A DNA stretch of 64,000 bases from Vulcanimicrobiota bacterium (GCA_050250895.1 JBFWNU010000002.1:887659-951658), one strand, 5' to 3'; positions 16,732 through 26,955 are shown, numbered from the stretch's first letter. A program made the numbers and translations. Notes: generated by a model not told the origin, from the sequence alone.

Positions 16732-17762
16732 TAGAGCGGGTCAAAGAGCAGATAGCTGGCCAGTTCGGCGGTAGAGTATTCGCCGCCCAGACCGCCCAGG
16801 AAGTAGCGCAGCAGGCGGGGCACCCGGTCGCGCAGCTGGTGGGCCAGCACGGCGAAACTGCGACTCGGCCGAATCCACAGCACGTCGATCGGCCGGAAGG
16901 GCCCGGAGGGCCGCCCGGCCAGGCTCTGGTTGACGCGGCGGCAGTGCTCCACGTCGACTTCGATGGCATCCATCATCACGGCGTCGAGCAGCGCCCCGGC
17001 CAGCTCACCCGGGGTCGGTCGACCCAGTCGGGGCAGACTGGTGGCGCGGGGTTCGCGCACACCCACGGCCAGGATCCGCTCGGCTCCCAGGTGGATGGCC
17101 GGAGCCAGGGGGTGGTTGTTGCGAAGGCAGCCGTCGCCGAAGTGGTGGCCGGCGATTTCGATGGTGGGGAAGAAGAACGGGATAGCGCTCGAGGCCATCA
17201 GGTGGGGGACTCCGATGAGAGCTTTCTCTACCTTGTAGTGGACCCTCTCCCAGGTGGGAATTTCGGGTTGGCCTTCAACGAAAAGCACGCTGGTGGAGTC
17301 GCGATAGTCGGTGGCGGCCACGGCCAGGGCATGGAGGTGGCCCGAGGCAAGGCTGCGCGAGATGCGCGAGAACGGGATGCGGCTGAGCATCGTCTGGAGG
17401 GGGGTGGTGTCGAGCAAAGCCTTGGGCGCCACCTGGCCCACCAGCCCCCCGAAGGTCAGGTCGCGGACCCAGCGTAGGGCGATACGTCCCATCGAGGCCG
17501 GATCGGTGCGAAAAACCCGCGAAGGCTTGAGTTGCTCCCAGGTGCCCAGCAGTTCCGCCAGGCCCCGCTCGAAGCGGTCAGCATTGGCGGCCAGCATGGT
17601 GGCGGTGAGCGAGCCGGCCGACGTGCCGACCAGGATCGAGAAAGGACACTCGGGTCCCTTCACCACGCCAATCTCGATCAAGCCGCGCAACACGCCGGCT
17701 TGGTAGGCTCCCCGTGCTCCCCCTCCTGACAGCACGAGCGCGGTGTGGCCTTGCTGTTTCAT
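16653..17762 (-). CDS. Patatin-like phospholipase
   Basis: LVLSGGGARGAYQAG, GTSAG, ASSAIPFFFP, DGC. Confidence 0.9.
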   Translation of the reverse strand: MKQQGHTALVLSGGGARGAYQAGVLRGLIEIGVVKGPECPFSILVGTSAGSLTATMLAANADRFERGLAELLGTWEQLKPSRVFRTDPASMGRIALRWVRDLTFGGLVGQVAPKALLDTTPLQTMLSRIPFSRISRSLASGHLHALAVAATDYRDSTSVLFVEGQPEIPTWERVHYKVEKALIGVPHLMASSAIPFFFPTIEIAGHHFGDGCLRNNHPLAPAIHLGAERILAVGVREPRATSLPRLGRPTPGELAGALLDAVMMDAIEVDVEHCRRVNQSLAGRPSGPFRPIDVLWIRPSRSFAVLAHQLRDRVPRLLRYFLGGLGGEYSTAELASYLLFDPLYCQALIGFGREDVWARKDEIQAFFAA

Positions 17763-17843
17763 CCCGCCGCACCATTCGCTCAAGCTGGCACGGTCCCTTC
17801 GCCCCGGACAGGAGGCTCGAGTGGGGGGGCCAAAAGCAGCTTC

Positions 17844-18419
17844 GTGAAGGAACGCTTGCGTCGCTACCTACTCCGCCTGGGGCTCGGTCTGGGCCTGTGG
17901 TTCGTGGGGCATGTGCTGGTCACGGTGGTGAGCGGACTGCGCGATGACCTGCGCCCGGTCGACCTGATCGTGGTGCTGGGCAATGAGGTGTATCAGGATG
18001 GAACGGTTTCGCCGCGGTTGGCGGCCCGTCTCGAGCGCGCCGCCGAACTCTACCGGGTGGGTCTGAGCCAGAGGGTCCTGGTAAGTGGAGGTATCGACCC
18101 TCGAGGCAACAACGAGGCCGAGGTCATGCGCGATTGGTTGGTTGCGGCCGGAGTGCCGAGCGAGTCGATCTGGCTGGATCCCGACGGCTGGACCACCAGG
18201 CACACCGCCCGCAACACGGCCCGGCTATTGAAAGAACACGGCTGGAGTTCGGTGTTGGTGGTGAGTCACTACTATCACATTAGTCGCTGTCGACTGGCCA
18301 TGCGGCAGGCCGGTATCCAGACCGTGGCGAGTGCCCACGCCACCAGTCTAGAATGGCGAGAACCCTACGGGATCAGCCGCGAATTCATCGGCTACTACGC
18401 TTATCTGTTGGGCCGCTAG
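17844..18419 (+). CDS. YdcF/ElyC/SanA (DUF218) family protein
   Basis: TM helix, then IVVLG, RLERAAELY, VSGG, EAEVMRDWL, VVSHYYHISR, RE. Confidence 0.85.
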   Translation: MKERLRRYLLRLGLGLGLWFVGHVLVTVVSGLRDDLRPVDLIVVLGNEVYQDGTVSPRLAARLERAAELYRVGLSQRVLVSGGIDPRGNNEAEVMRDWLVAAGVPSESIWLDPDGWTTRHTARNTARLLKEHGWSSVLVVSHYYHISRCRLAMRQAGIQTVASAHATSLEWREPYGISREFIGYYAYLLGR

Positions 18420-19420
18420 CGGCGGGCGTCTTTTTTCAAGCTCTGCGAGAGCAGGCCGGGTAGTTCGCTGGGGTCAACGCTGTGGGCCTCGAGGTCCATG
18501 TCGAGCACCGCCCGGGGCATGGTGTCGGCCTCGGCCGTGTCGGGGTCTTGCACCAGCACTACGCCGCCGGCCCCGGCCAGACGAGCCGCTCCCAGAGCAC
18601 CATCGCAGCCGATGCCCGAGAAGACGATGCCGATACAGCGTTCACCCACCGTGCCGGCGGCGGAACGGAAGAGCACATCCACCGAAGGCCGCATGAAGTT
18701 CTCGGGGGGAGCGTCGCTAAAATCGATGCGGGTCGGCTCGGGCGAGAGCACCAGGTGATGCTCGCCGTGAGCCAGATAGATGCGGCCGGCCCGGGGCCGG
18801 TCACCGGGTTCAGCCAGGTGAACATCGAGGCCGTGTTCTTCGCACAGGCGGTTGGCCAGATCATAGAGCAGCCAGTCGGGTCCGTGCTGAACCACCATAA
18901 AATAGGCGTTCTCGAAGCAGGTTTGGCTGAGATTAGTGAACAGGTTGCCCAAGAGCTCAGGCCCCCCGGTGCCGGCGCCGATGACCACCGCCACCGGTTC
19001 GTCGCTGGGGCCGCTGACCAGGTTTCCGATAGGACCCGTCTTGTCGGGCTTGACCTGGACGCGCCGCGCCAGCAGGGTGCGCACCGCCGAGAGCAACTCT
19101 TCGAGCATGTAGGGCTTGCCGATGAATTCGTCGGCTCCGGCCAAGAACGCGTGGGCCCGGGCTTCGGGGTTGGTGATCACGGTCAGCATGGCGATGGCCG
19201 GCACCGGGTCAAGGCTCTGACGGGCCCACCGAATCAGGGTCAAGCCGTCGATTTCGGGCATCATCCAATCGGTGAGGAGCAGGTCGAAGGCTTCGCGCTT
19301 GAGCCGATCCTGGGCCAGGCGACCGTTCTGGCAAACGGCGACCTCATAACCCTCTTTAGCCAGAGCCTTCTCGAGGACCAGAGCACTGGCGAAATCATCT
19401 TCGGCTACCAGAATTTTCAT
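18416..19420 (-). CDS. Response regulator receiver fused to a CheB-like methylesterase domain (catalytic Ser replaced)
   Basis: REC: ILVAEDD, TDWMMP, KP. CheB-like: GAGTGGP, VQH, RPSVDVLFRSAA, DGA, QDPDTA...MP. Confidence 0.85.
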   Translation of the reverse strand: MKILVAEDDFASALVLEKALAKEGYEVAVCQNGRLAQDRLKREAFDLLLTDWMMPEIDGLTLIRWARQSLDPVPAIAMLTVITNPEARAHAFLAGADEFIGKPYMLEELLSAVRTLLARRVQVKPDKTGPIGNLVSGPSDEPVAVVIGAGTGGPELLGNLFTNLSQTCFENAYFMVVQHGPDWLLYDLANRLCEEHGLDVHLAEPGDRPRAGRIYLAHGEHHLVLSPEPTRIDFSDAPPENFMRPSVDVLFRSAAGTVGERCIGIVFSGIGCDGALGAARLAGAGGVVLVQDPDTAEADTMPRAVLDMDLEAHSVDPSELPGLLSQSLKKDARR

Positions 19421-21399
19421 TGGCCCTCCGCCTTCTTCAAGGCGACGAGTTGCTCCTGTAGTTGACCCAGGGCCAGGCGGTATTCGCGCTCGACCCTCTC
19501 CACCAACTTGTCCGAGCTAGCCAGTTCGTCGTTACGGGCGGCACTCTCTAGCTTTTGACAGGCTTCCACCAGGCGGACCGCGCCCAGGGTAGCGGCCGTC
19601 GACTTGAGTCCGTGAGCGGCAATCGACAGGGCCGGACCCTTGGATTGAGACGACAACCTGTGGAGCGTCTGGATCTCTTGCTGGCCTTTCTGGTCGAAGA
19701 GTCCCACCAGATTGGCGAAGAGACTGTCGCTGCCGGGCTCAGAGAGTTCGAGCAGGCCGCTGATGACTTCGGGGTCGAGGGCAGACTCGACGGCCGGCGC
19801 GGCCGTCGAGCGGGAGGAAAGACCCTGCGTAAGCAGTCGCTCCAGGTCGGTGCGCCGGACGGGCTTGGAAAGATAGTCGTTCATCCCGGCCTCAAGACAG
19901 GCTCGCTGGTCGCCCTCGAGGGTGTTGGCGGTCAGGGCGACGATCGGCACGTCGCGGGCCGGGGAGGGGAGGGTTCGAATGGCTCGGGTGGCCTCGAAGC
20001 CGTTCATCTCGGGCATCTGGCAGTCCATCAGAATGAGGTCCCAGGTTCCCTCGCGAGCCGCTGCCACGGCCTCGACGCCGTTGCGCGCCCGTCCCACCGT
20101 GTGCCCCATGCGCTCGAGCAGGCGACTCACCACGGCCTGGATGCCGGGGTTGTCCTCAACGATCAAGATGCGCTTACGGTGGCGGCGCAGCGAGGCTTTG
20201 AGCAATTGCTCGGCCTCGGCGGCCAGTCGGGAGGGAAGCACGCCGGGAGAGGCCAATTCGAGTTCGGGGCCGGTGCCGACCAGCACTTCCCAGCTGGCCA
20301 GCCAGCGGCGGGCATTCTCGAGCCGGGCCGGGTGGGTCCCGGTCAAGGTGAGACTGGCCCCGGCCAGGGTCTCGGGTCGAAAGTAGTTGCTGCCCATTTG
20401 GAGCGGGAAGTCGCACCAGAAAAGGCTGCCTCCCTCGGGTCGATTCTCGGCTCCCAGTTCGGCTCCTAGCAGGCGGGCAAAGCCCATGCAGACAGCCAAT
20501 CCCAGCCCCAATCCCCCGTGGCGACGACGGGGAGAAGGATCCCCCTGCTGAAAGAGTTCGAAAACGCGCCGGGTGTCAGGGCCCAGGCCGGGGCCGGTAT
20601 CGAGAACCTCGACCCGCAGCCCCAGCGGTGAGGGAGCGGCCCGGAGGGTGACTTCGCCCTGGGAAGTAAACTTGACCGCGTTGTCCAGCAGGTTGGCCAC
20701 GATCTGTTCGATGCGCCGGCGGTCCCCGAAGGCTTGCTGGGGCAAGTCCGGGTGGAGACGGACCACCAGTTCCAGGCGGCTGGCTTCGGCCTCGGGAGCA
20801 AAAGCGGTGGCCAATCGCTCCAGCACGGTCAGGGGGTCAAAGTGGGCTGCCTCGCGGTGCAACCGGCCCATCTCGAGATGCGAGTAGTCGAGCAGGTTGT
20901 CGAGCAGGCGAAGCAGTCGCTCGTTGCAGCGAAGGATGGTGCGGGCATACAGCTGTTTGTCGACGTCGAGGTCGGATTCAAGCAAGAGCTGGGCCATGCC
21001 GATGGCCCCGGTCATCGGGGTGCGAAATTCGTGGCTGAGGTTGCGCAGAAAGTCGGTCTGACCGTTGCGGCCTGAGTCTTGCAGCCAGAACCCGACAAAG
21101 CCTCGCTCTTCGCGCCGCACATGGTCTGTCACCCAGAGATAGCCTCCCCGTCCCAGCACGCGATAGCTCAAGACCGCCTCCTGACCGGGCGCAAGCTCGT
21201 CGAGCCGCTTTTGGATGAAGGCTCGCTCGTCGGGGTGCTGACGCTCGACCCATTCCGTGTTGGGAGCCAGCAACTGATCAGGGGAAACTCCCAGGAAGCC
21301 GGTTACGCCGGGGCTGACCAGGGTGGGCAGAAGGCACGCCTCGTCGAGGCGGTAGGCGACGATCTGGTCGCTTGCCAGCAAGTGTTCGACGGGCTCCAT
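19417..21399 (-). CDS. Hybrid sensor histidine kinase (PAS-HisKA-HATPase-REC-Hpt)
   Basis: SHEFRTPM, NLLDNAVKFT, DTGPG, GLGLGLA, LMDCQMPEMNG, AHGLKSTAATLGA. Confidence 0.92.
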   Translation of the reverse strand: MEPVEHLLASDQIVAYRLDEACLLPTLVSPGVTGFLGVSPDQLLAPNTEWVERQHPDERAFIQKRLDELAPGQEAVLSYRVLGRGGYLWVTDHVRREERGFVGFWLQDSGRNGQTDFLRNLSHEFRTPMTGAIGMAQLLLESDLDVDKQLYARTILRCNERLLRLLDNLLDYSHLEMGRLHREAAHFDPLTVLERLATAFAPEAEASRLELVVRLHPDLPQQAFGDRRRIEQIVANLLDNAVKFTSQGEVTLRAAPSPLGLRVEVLDTGPGLGPDTRRVFELFQQGDPSPRRRHGGLGLGLAVCMGFARLLGAELGAENRPEGGSLFWCDFPLQMGSNYFRPETLAGASLTLTGTHPARLENARRWLASWEVLVGTGPELELASPGVLPSRLAAEAEQLLKASLRRHRKRILIVEDNPGIQAVVSRLLERMGHTVGRARNGVEAVAAAREGTWDLILMDCQMPEMNGFEATRAIRTLPSPARDVPIVALTANTLEGDQRACLEAGMNDYLSKPVRRTDLERLLTQGLSSRSTAAPAVESALDPEVISGLLELSEPGSDSLFANLVGLFDQKGQQEIQTLHRLSSQSKGPALSIAAHGLKSTAATLGAVRLVEACQKLESAARNDELASSDKLVERVEREYRLALGQLQEQLVALKKAEGQ

Positions 21400-21457
21400 T
21401 CAGGGAGAATTTCACCCCCGGCAAGGGGGGTCCTGTTGGGTCGTAGAATTCGCCCCG

Positions 21458-21898
21458 ATGGATCCCCAGCAGATACTCCAGGTAGCCCAGGGTTGGGTGG
21501 GTCGCGACTTTCGCCCGGGAGAGCTCGAGCAGTGCGCCAATTTCGTTCGCCATGTCTTTCAAGAGGCCGGGGTCGAGCTGCCGGTGGCGGCCCGTCCGGT
21601 CGACTGGGAGTGGACCGGCCACCTTCCGCAGGGGGCCGACTACGCCAATAGTTTCTTCTCGGACGAGGTGGGTTGTCACATCGACTTGGAGCAGTTGCAA
21701 CCCGGCGATCTACTGGCTTTTCGAGACACCTATCCGGGGGATTTTCCGCCCCAGTCGATTACCCATGTGGGTATCTACGCTGGCGGTGGAACGATGATCG
21801 ACCGTTCCACCGCCGGTGAACCGGTGCGTCGTATTCCGCTCGATCCATGGTGGCGCGAGCGCTTCGTCGAGGCACGACGGCCGTATCTCTACGGCTAG
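21458..21898 (+). CDS. NlpC/P60 family cell-wall peptidase
   Basis: CANFVRHVF, LQPGDLLAF, THVGIYAGGG. Confidence 0.85.
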   Translation: MDPQQILQVAQGWVGRDFRPGELEQCANFVRHVFQEAGVELPVAARPVDWEWTGHLPQGADYANSFFSDEVGCHIDLEQLQPGDLLAFRDTYPGDFPPQSITHVGIYAGGGTMIDRSTAGEPVRRIPLDPWWRERFVEARRPYLYG

Positions 21899-21988
21899 CC
21901 GGCCGTTCGGCAGGCGAGTCCCACCACGCGACGAAGTTATCCGGGTGAGGGAATTTTATCGTCGGGAGCTTCTGAGAAAGAACAAGCA

Positions 21989-23230
21989 ATGGATTCCAGC
22001 CAACGTTTCTCGCTAGAACAGCTTCCTAAACCGTGGGACCAGGTGGTCAAATGGACCCTGGTCGGGTTGATTCTAATCGTCTTCTTCAAATTGATCGGCC
22101 ACATCCTCAAGTTTTCGGTGATGCTGGCCGTAGCCGCAGCCATCGGCGCCGCGGCCAACCAGATTGTCCCTCGCAAGATCCCCTATGGCTGGGCGGGGGC
22201 CACCTGTGCCGGGCTGCTCGGGGCCTTTCTCGGTTCGCTCATTCTGGGCGACTGGGGACCCTCTATTCAGGGCATCGCCCTGGTGCCTGGCATTCTCGGG
22301 GCCAGCGCCATCGCCGGCGGCATCCACTACAAGGCTGTCTATGACCGCGGCAAGATGCTCGAGCAACTGCAGGCCAAAGCCGATACCACCGACCCGCTTC
22401 TGCTGAAGCTCGTGGGGGAGTGGCGCCTGGTAGAAATGCTCGGCAAAGGGGCTAATGCCAGGGTGTATAAGGCCCTTCCCAACCGCTCGTTGGACCCGGC
22501 CGAAGCCGTGGCCATCAAAGTCCTCAACCCTGACTCCATCCAGGACGAAGAGTTCATGGTTCGTTACCAGCGCGAGATAGAAATCTCCAAGAACCTCGAT
22601 AACCCCTACATCGTCAAGTTGCTCGGTTCGGGCGAGCAAGAGGGCCTGCACTACATCACGATGGAACTGGTGCCGGGCGACACCTTGCGCTCGAAGATCA
22701 CCGAAGATGGCCTGCCCATCGTCGAAGCAGCCAGCCTGATGACCCAGCTGATGATCGCCGTCGAGCACGCCCACGCCCACAACATCATTCACCGCGACAT
22801 CAAGCCCGACAACATTCTGATGAGTGGCAACAAGATTAAAGTCAGCGACTTTGGACTGGGCCGGGGCGTCGATGACGTCTCGCTTACCAAGACCGGGACG
22901 GCCCTGGGCACGCCGGCCTACATGGCCCCCGAACAGATCGAAGGTGCCGACGTCAGCCCCTCTTGCGACCAGTACGCGGTCGGCGTGGTGGCCTATGAAT
23001 TGTTCACCGGCGAGAAGCCCTTCAACGACCGCGAGCCCATGCGGGTGCTCTATAAGCACCTGCATGAACCGCCGGCTTCGCCCAAAGAGCTGCGGCCCGA
23101 TATGCCCGAATCACTGGCCCAGATCGTCCTGCGGATGCTCGAAAAGACCGAAGAAGAGCGTTTTCCTACCATCAAGGACGCGCTCGAAGAGACCAAGAAG
23201 GCCATGGCCAACTATAAGCCGACGGCTTAA
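21989..23230 (+). CDS. Hanks-type Ser/Thr kinase with N-terminal GlsB/YeaQ/YmgE-like membrane domain
   Basis: LGKGANARVY, VAIKVL, HRDIKPDN, DFG, GTPAYMAPEQ. N-terminal GLLGAFLGSLILGDWGP...PGILGA. Confidence 0.9.
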   Translation: MDSSQRFSLEQLPKPWDQVVKWTLVGLILIVFFKLIGHILKFSVMLAVAAAIGAAANQIVPRKIPYGWAGATCAGLLGAFLGSLILGDWGPSIQGIALVPGILGASAIAGGIHYKAVYDRGKMLEQLQAKADTTDPLLLKLVGEWRLVEMLGKGANARVYKALPNRSLDPAEAVAIKVLNPDSIQDEEFMVRYQREIEISKNLDNPYIVKLLGSGEQEGLHYITMELVPGDTLRSKITEDGLPIVEAASLMTQLMIAVEHAHAHNIIHRDIKPDNILMSGNKIKVSDFGLGRGVDDVSLTKTGTALGTPAYMAPEQIEGADVSPSCDQYAVGVVAYELFTGEKPFNDREPMRVLYKHLHEPPASPKELRPDMPESLAQIVLRMLEKTEEERFPTIKDALEETKKAMANYKPTA

Positions 23231-24306
23231 TCGGTCAATTTGGCCTGGACATTGCCCAGTCGGTCGCGGGTCTTGCGGGTGATGGGGTGCTCTTCGCCCA
23301 ACGACTTGGCCGCAATTTCGTTGGCCCGAGCATAGAGCGTCTCGGCCCGTCTGGCCTGAATGTCACCCAGGTGGGTTAAGGCGGGTGAGAGCATCTTGTG
23401 ATAGGGGTCTTCGGCGGTCCACAACTCGACGGCCTTGCGATAGAGTTCCTCGGCCTTGTCCCACTGTGAATCCGTGAAGTAGCCGCCGGCCAGGGTGTTC
23501 AGGCAACGAGCGACATCCAGGGGGCGGCCCTGCTTTTCGAAGATTTCGGCAGCGCGTTCGAGCACCTCGCGGCATTCGTCGAGGCGATGCTGAACGCGGT
23601 AGACCTTGGCCATCGAGCGCAGCGTCTTGGCCTCGGCCAGAGTGTTTTCGCCGCCTTTGCGGGCGGCCTTCAAGGCTGATTTGAGCTGGCGTTCGGCTTT
23701 GCCCACCTGGCCTATCTTGAGCAGCTTGTGGCCCAGGCGACGAAAGGTGTCCCAATCGGCTGCACTGTCACTCTCTCCCGAGGTCTCGCCCGAGGGGGGG
23801 CCTTCCTCTTCGGCCTGGGGCAGGGGTGTGTTACCGGCCAGCACGTCGAGTTGGCGACGGATCTTGTCGGCCAGTTCGAGCAGCCAGGCCAGGTTGTCTT
23901 CGAGAAAGGCCGAACGGCGCACCCGGTCGTCGGCATAGACCAGACCTGCGACCTGGTCTGAACGGTCTTTCCAGGCCACACAGATGACCGAGCGAACGCC
24001 CGACAGATTGACGCTCATGCGACCGGAATACTCCGGGTCTTCGCGAGCATCGAGCAGCATCACCGGCTCGCCGTCGGCCAGCACGTGGCGCAGGGGCTGC
24101 AGGCTGATTTCACCCGAGACCAGCACCCGATCTCCGTCAAGACCGTGGCTGGCCTGGGTTTTCCAGGTTCCGTTGTCGCGTTGGCCGTAGAGGATAAAGG
24201 CACGCTCGGGTCCGAGATCGGTGAGAATGCTCTCCATCGCCTTGGCAAAGAGTTCGTCGATGGTAGAAGTCGATTCCAAGGAAATCATGGGCGGCCAATT
24301 GGGCAC
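23227..24306 (-). CDS. GAF domain plus TPR protein
   Basis: GAF: ERAFIL, DAREDP..S.RSVICV, GLVYAD. Kinesin-light-chain-type TPRs with LGEEHP. Confidence 0.75.
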   Translation of the reverse strand: MPNWPPMISLESTSTIDELFAKAMESILTDLGPERAFILYGQRDNGTWKTQASHGLDGDRVLVSGEISLQPLRHVLADGEPVMLLDAREDPEYSGRMSVNLSGVRSVICVAWKDRSDQVAGLVYADDRVRRSAFLEDNLAWLLELADKIRRQLDVLAGNTPLPQAEEEGPPSGETSGESDSAADWDTFRRLGHKLLKIGQVGKAERQLKSALKAARKGGENTLAEAKTLRSMAKVYRVQHRLDECREVLERAAEIFEKQGRPLDVARCLNTLAGGYFTDSQWDKAEELYRKAVELWTAEDPYHKMLSPALTHLGDIQARRAETLYARANEIAAKSLGEEHPITRKTRDRLGNVQAKLTD

Positions 24307-24583
24307 CCGGGTAGCGAACTCCTACCTTCTCTGCTCGGCCTTTGCGGCCCGACGTCCGGGCAGAAAGAAACCGGCCCGGCTCGCGATGAGAGCCAGGCCC
24401 GTAACGACTAGAGAGACGGCGATCAAGGTGGAAGGAGAAGGCCGCGAGGACTTGCGGTCGGTCTTGATGTTCGACACCTCCTCCCTGAGTGAATCTGACT
24501 CTTCTAGAATACAACATCTGGCCCGTCAATTCTAGACTTTTTCCCGTTTCTGAGGGGGTTTTGCAGGCAGGTTTTCGAATTAT

Positions 24584-25951
24584 GTGGGTGTGTTTTGCGT
24601 GACTTGCGACGAGACGTTTAGTTCGGTCCACAATCGGTGTCCTAAGTGCGGGGCCTGGTTGCGGACCAGCAAGCCGCAGGTCGAGGTCATTGCCGAGGTC
24701 GAGAACGGCTCGACCGTGGCCGTGGCCAAGTCGGGCAAAGGCAAGAAAGTGGTGGCTCGCATCGAACCGTCACCCGCGTTGACCGACCCCCAGTGGGGTG
24801 CCCCAGGGCCTGACTGGGCCGGGGCGCCTAAAGTCAAAACGCCGGTGGGACAGAGCTGGTTGGGCGACGAGCCGGATACCGAATGGGGCAAACCCAATCC
24901 AAGAATCCGCATTCCGGACGATCCCGACTCGCTCGACGAAAGCTGGGTCGACGACGAGGTCAACCGGCCCGATTCTGACGAGTCCGAGCGCACGGTCACG
25001 GCCGAGGCCATCGCCAGCGATCCCCAGGCCACCTGGCTGGTAGCTTTACTGCTGGCCCTGGTCGCTATCGGAGGCTTCTATCTTTTGCGACCTTCACGCC
25101 ATCAGCCGGTGGCCCAGGTCGATCAGAGCGCCACTACACGTGAGCATTTCGACTTCTTGATGTCCAAGGCTCACGAGGCGGCCGGCAGGGGAGAGTACGA
25201 GGTGGCCGCCCTGCAGGCGGCCTCGGCTCTCGAGGGCTATCAGGGTGACGATGCGCAGAAGGCGCGAGCCGAGATGGCCGGCTACTTTGCTAAAGCCGGG
25301 CAGTCCGAGCGGGCTCTGGCCGAGTTCGAGCGGTTGGCCGCGCTCGATCCCAGCTATGCCACCCAGGTCGCGGCCCTCAAACAAGAGAGGGCTCGGGCGG
25401 GGCGCGTGGCTGCCAACGAACTGCTCAAGCAGAGCGAGCAGGCCTTTAAGACCAGGGACTATGGCACGGCCATCTCGCACGCTGAGCGGGCCCTCAAGCT
25501 CTATCGCGACAATCAGGGGACCAAACAGCAGATGAGTCAAGCCCTGGGGTTGATGGGGTTGGGTCTGGCTCGTTTTGACGACCTGGGCCGGGCCCGTGAC
25601 TGTTTGAGCGAGGCGCAGCGACTGGCGCCCCAGGAACGATTCCGGCAAGAGTTGGCTCGGGTCGAGCGCGACCTCAATCCGGCTCGACCCAACCGGCCTC
25701 GCCCGTCACCCACCAGGACGGTGGTGGTCCGACCGACCGGCTATCCCAAGAAGCCGGCCGAGCCGACTCCACCCCTGCCCGACATCGACTTTGAAGAGCA
25801 GCCCGAGGAGCAACCGATCGAGTTGCCTAACTTGCCTGAACAGCCCCCCGCTGAGGTGAGCTTTCCGGATGAGGAACGCCAGCCCACCCCCACCCCCAGT
25901 GCTCATCCCCGACCCGACCCCTGGAAGAAGCTCGAGGCCGTGGTCAAGTGA
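24584..25951 (+). CDS. Zinc-ribbon, single-TM, TPR-like protein with proline-rich tail
   Basis: CVTC...CPKC; TM WLVALLLALVAIGGFYLL; helical repeats. Confidence 0.7.
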   Translation: MGVFCVTCDETFSSVHNRCPKCGAWLRTSKPQVEVIAEVENGSTVAVAKSGKGKKVVARIEPSPALTDPQWGAPGPDWAGAPKVKTPVGQSWLGDEPDTEWGKPNPRIRIPDDPDSLDESWVDDEVNRPDSDESERTVTAEAIASDPQATWLVALLLALVAIGGFYLLRPSRHQPVAQVDQSATTREHFDFLMSKAHEAAGRGEYEVAALQAASALEGYQGDDAQKARAEMAGYFAKAGQSERALAEFERLAALDPSYATQVAALKQERARAGRVAANELLKQSEQAFKTRDYGTAISHAERALKLYRDNQGTKQQMSQALGLMGLGLARFDDLGRARDCLSEAQRLAPQERFRQELARVERDLNPARPNRPRPSPTRTVVVRPTGYPKKPAEPTPPLPDIDFEEQPEEQPIELPNLPEQPPAEVSFPDEERQPTPTPSAHPRPDPWKKLEAVVK

Positions 25952-26088
25952 ATCGAATTGGACGATTGCTGGATTTCTCCACGACTTCTTGCCGGTCTTT
26001 TGCTGGAAAGTAAAGTTTCTGGTTACGGTTGGTTGTAGGTCCTTGTTTTAAGTTTTCTTTCGGTTCGCTCTTCCATGATGGTCATACA

Positions 26089-26916
26089 ATGCGAATCTCG
26101 AACCACCACACCCAAACCCCTCGCCCCCGTCGGGCAGCCACTAGCGGGACCCCCGCCGAATCACCTCAGACTGAGGACGGCAACAAGAAGAAGATCGAGG
26201 TCGTCTCGAAAGTGCTGGGAGCGGCCTGCGTCGCCTCAGGCGCCATCACCGCCGGCCGGATCGTGGCCGACGTCGCCTCGACCCCAGGACTGGCTGGCAA
26301 AGTAGCTCTCGGGGCTGGGGCCGTGGCGGCAGCCGCAGCCGGACTGGTGGCCGCCGATTTTGCCAGTGGGGTCTTTCACTGGACCATCGACAACTATCCC
26401 GACCAGGACACTCCCATCGTGGGTAGGCTGGCTGAGGACTTTCAGAACCATCACCAGGCTTCGGGAATGGACCATGTCAGCGTGTGGGAAAACATCGCCC
26501 CCGCCGCCGGAGCATTTGTCTTGCCCCTGGCGGGACTGGCCGCTTTTACGCCTCACCCCATCCTGGCGGCGGCGGGTCTGACCTTCACCGGTGGAGCGGT
26601 GCTGGCCCAGGCTTCTCACCGCTGGTCGCATATGACCAGTCCTCCCACGGTGGCTCGCTTTCTGCAGAAACTTCACATCAGCCAGTCGGCTGAGAACCAC
26701 GCGCGCCATCACGAGGATCCTTACGACGAGAACTATTGCATCGTCAACGGCAGCCTCAATGGCGTGCTGGCCCGGACCAATTTCTGGCGTAAGATGGAAC
26801 ACGGTGTCTTCAAGCTGACCGGCGCCGAGCCCAACTCCTGGAAAGACCCTAAGGTCAAAGCCCTGGCCCTGGGCCAGACTACCAAAGCTGAACTCGAACA
26901 AGGGACCCGGTCTTAA
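26089..26916 (+). CDS. CarF/TMEM189(PEDS1)/FAD4 family lipid desaturase
   Basis: ADFASGVFHWTIDNY, TPIVG, FQNHH, HRWSH, HARHH, YCIVNG. Confidence 0.88.
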   Translation: MRISNHHTQTPRPRRAATSGTPAESPQTEDGNKKKIEVVSKVLGAACVASGAITAGRIVADVASTPGLAGKVALGAGAVAAAAAGLVAADFASGVFHWTIDNYPDQDTPIVGRLAEDFQNHHQASGMDHVSVWENIAPAAGAFVLPLAGLAAFTPHPILAAAGLTFTGGAVLAQASHRWSHMTSPPTVARFLQKLHISQSAENHARHHEDPYDENYCIVNGSLNGVLARTNFWRKMEHGVFKLTGAEPNSWKDPKVKALALGQTTKAELEQGTRS

Positions 26917-26940
26917 CTCGAAGCCCTGTTCTGCCGATAG
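26914..26940 (+). promoter_or_regulatory. Possible sigma28-like promoter
   Basis: TAAC-N15-GCCGATAG versus consensus TAAA-N15-GCCGATAA, 15 nt upstream of the pilin operon ATG. Confidence 0.35.
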
Positions 26941-26955
26941 CCTTTCCGAGGCGAA

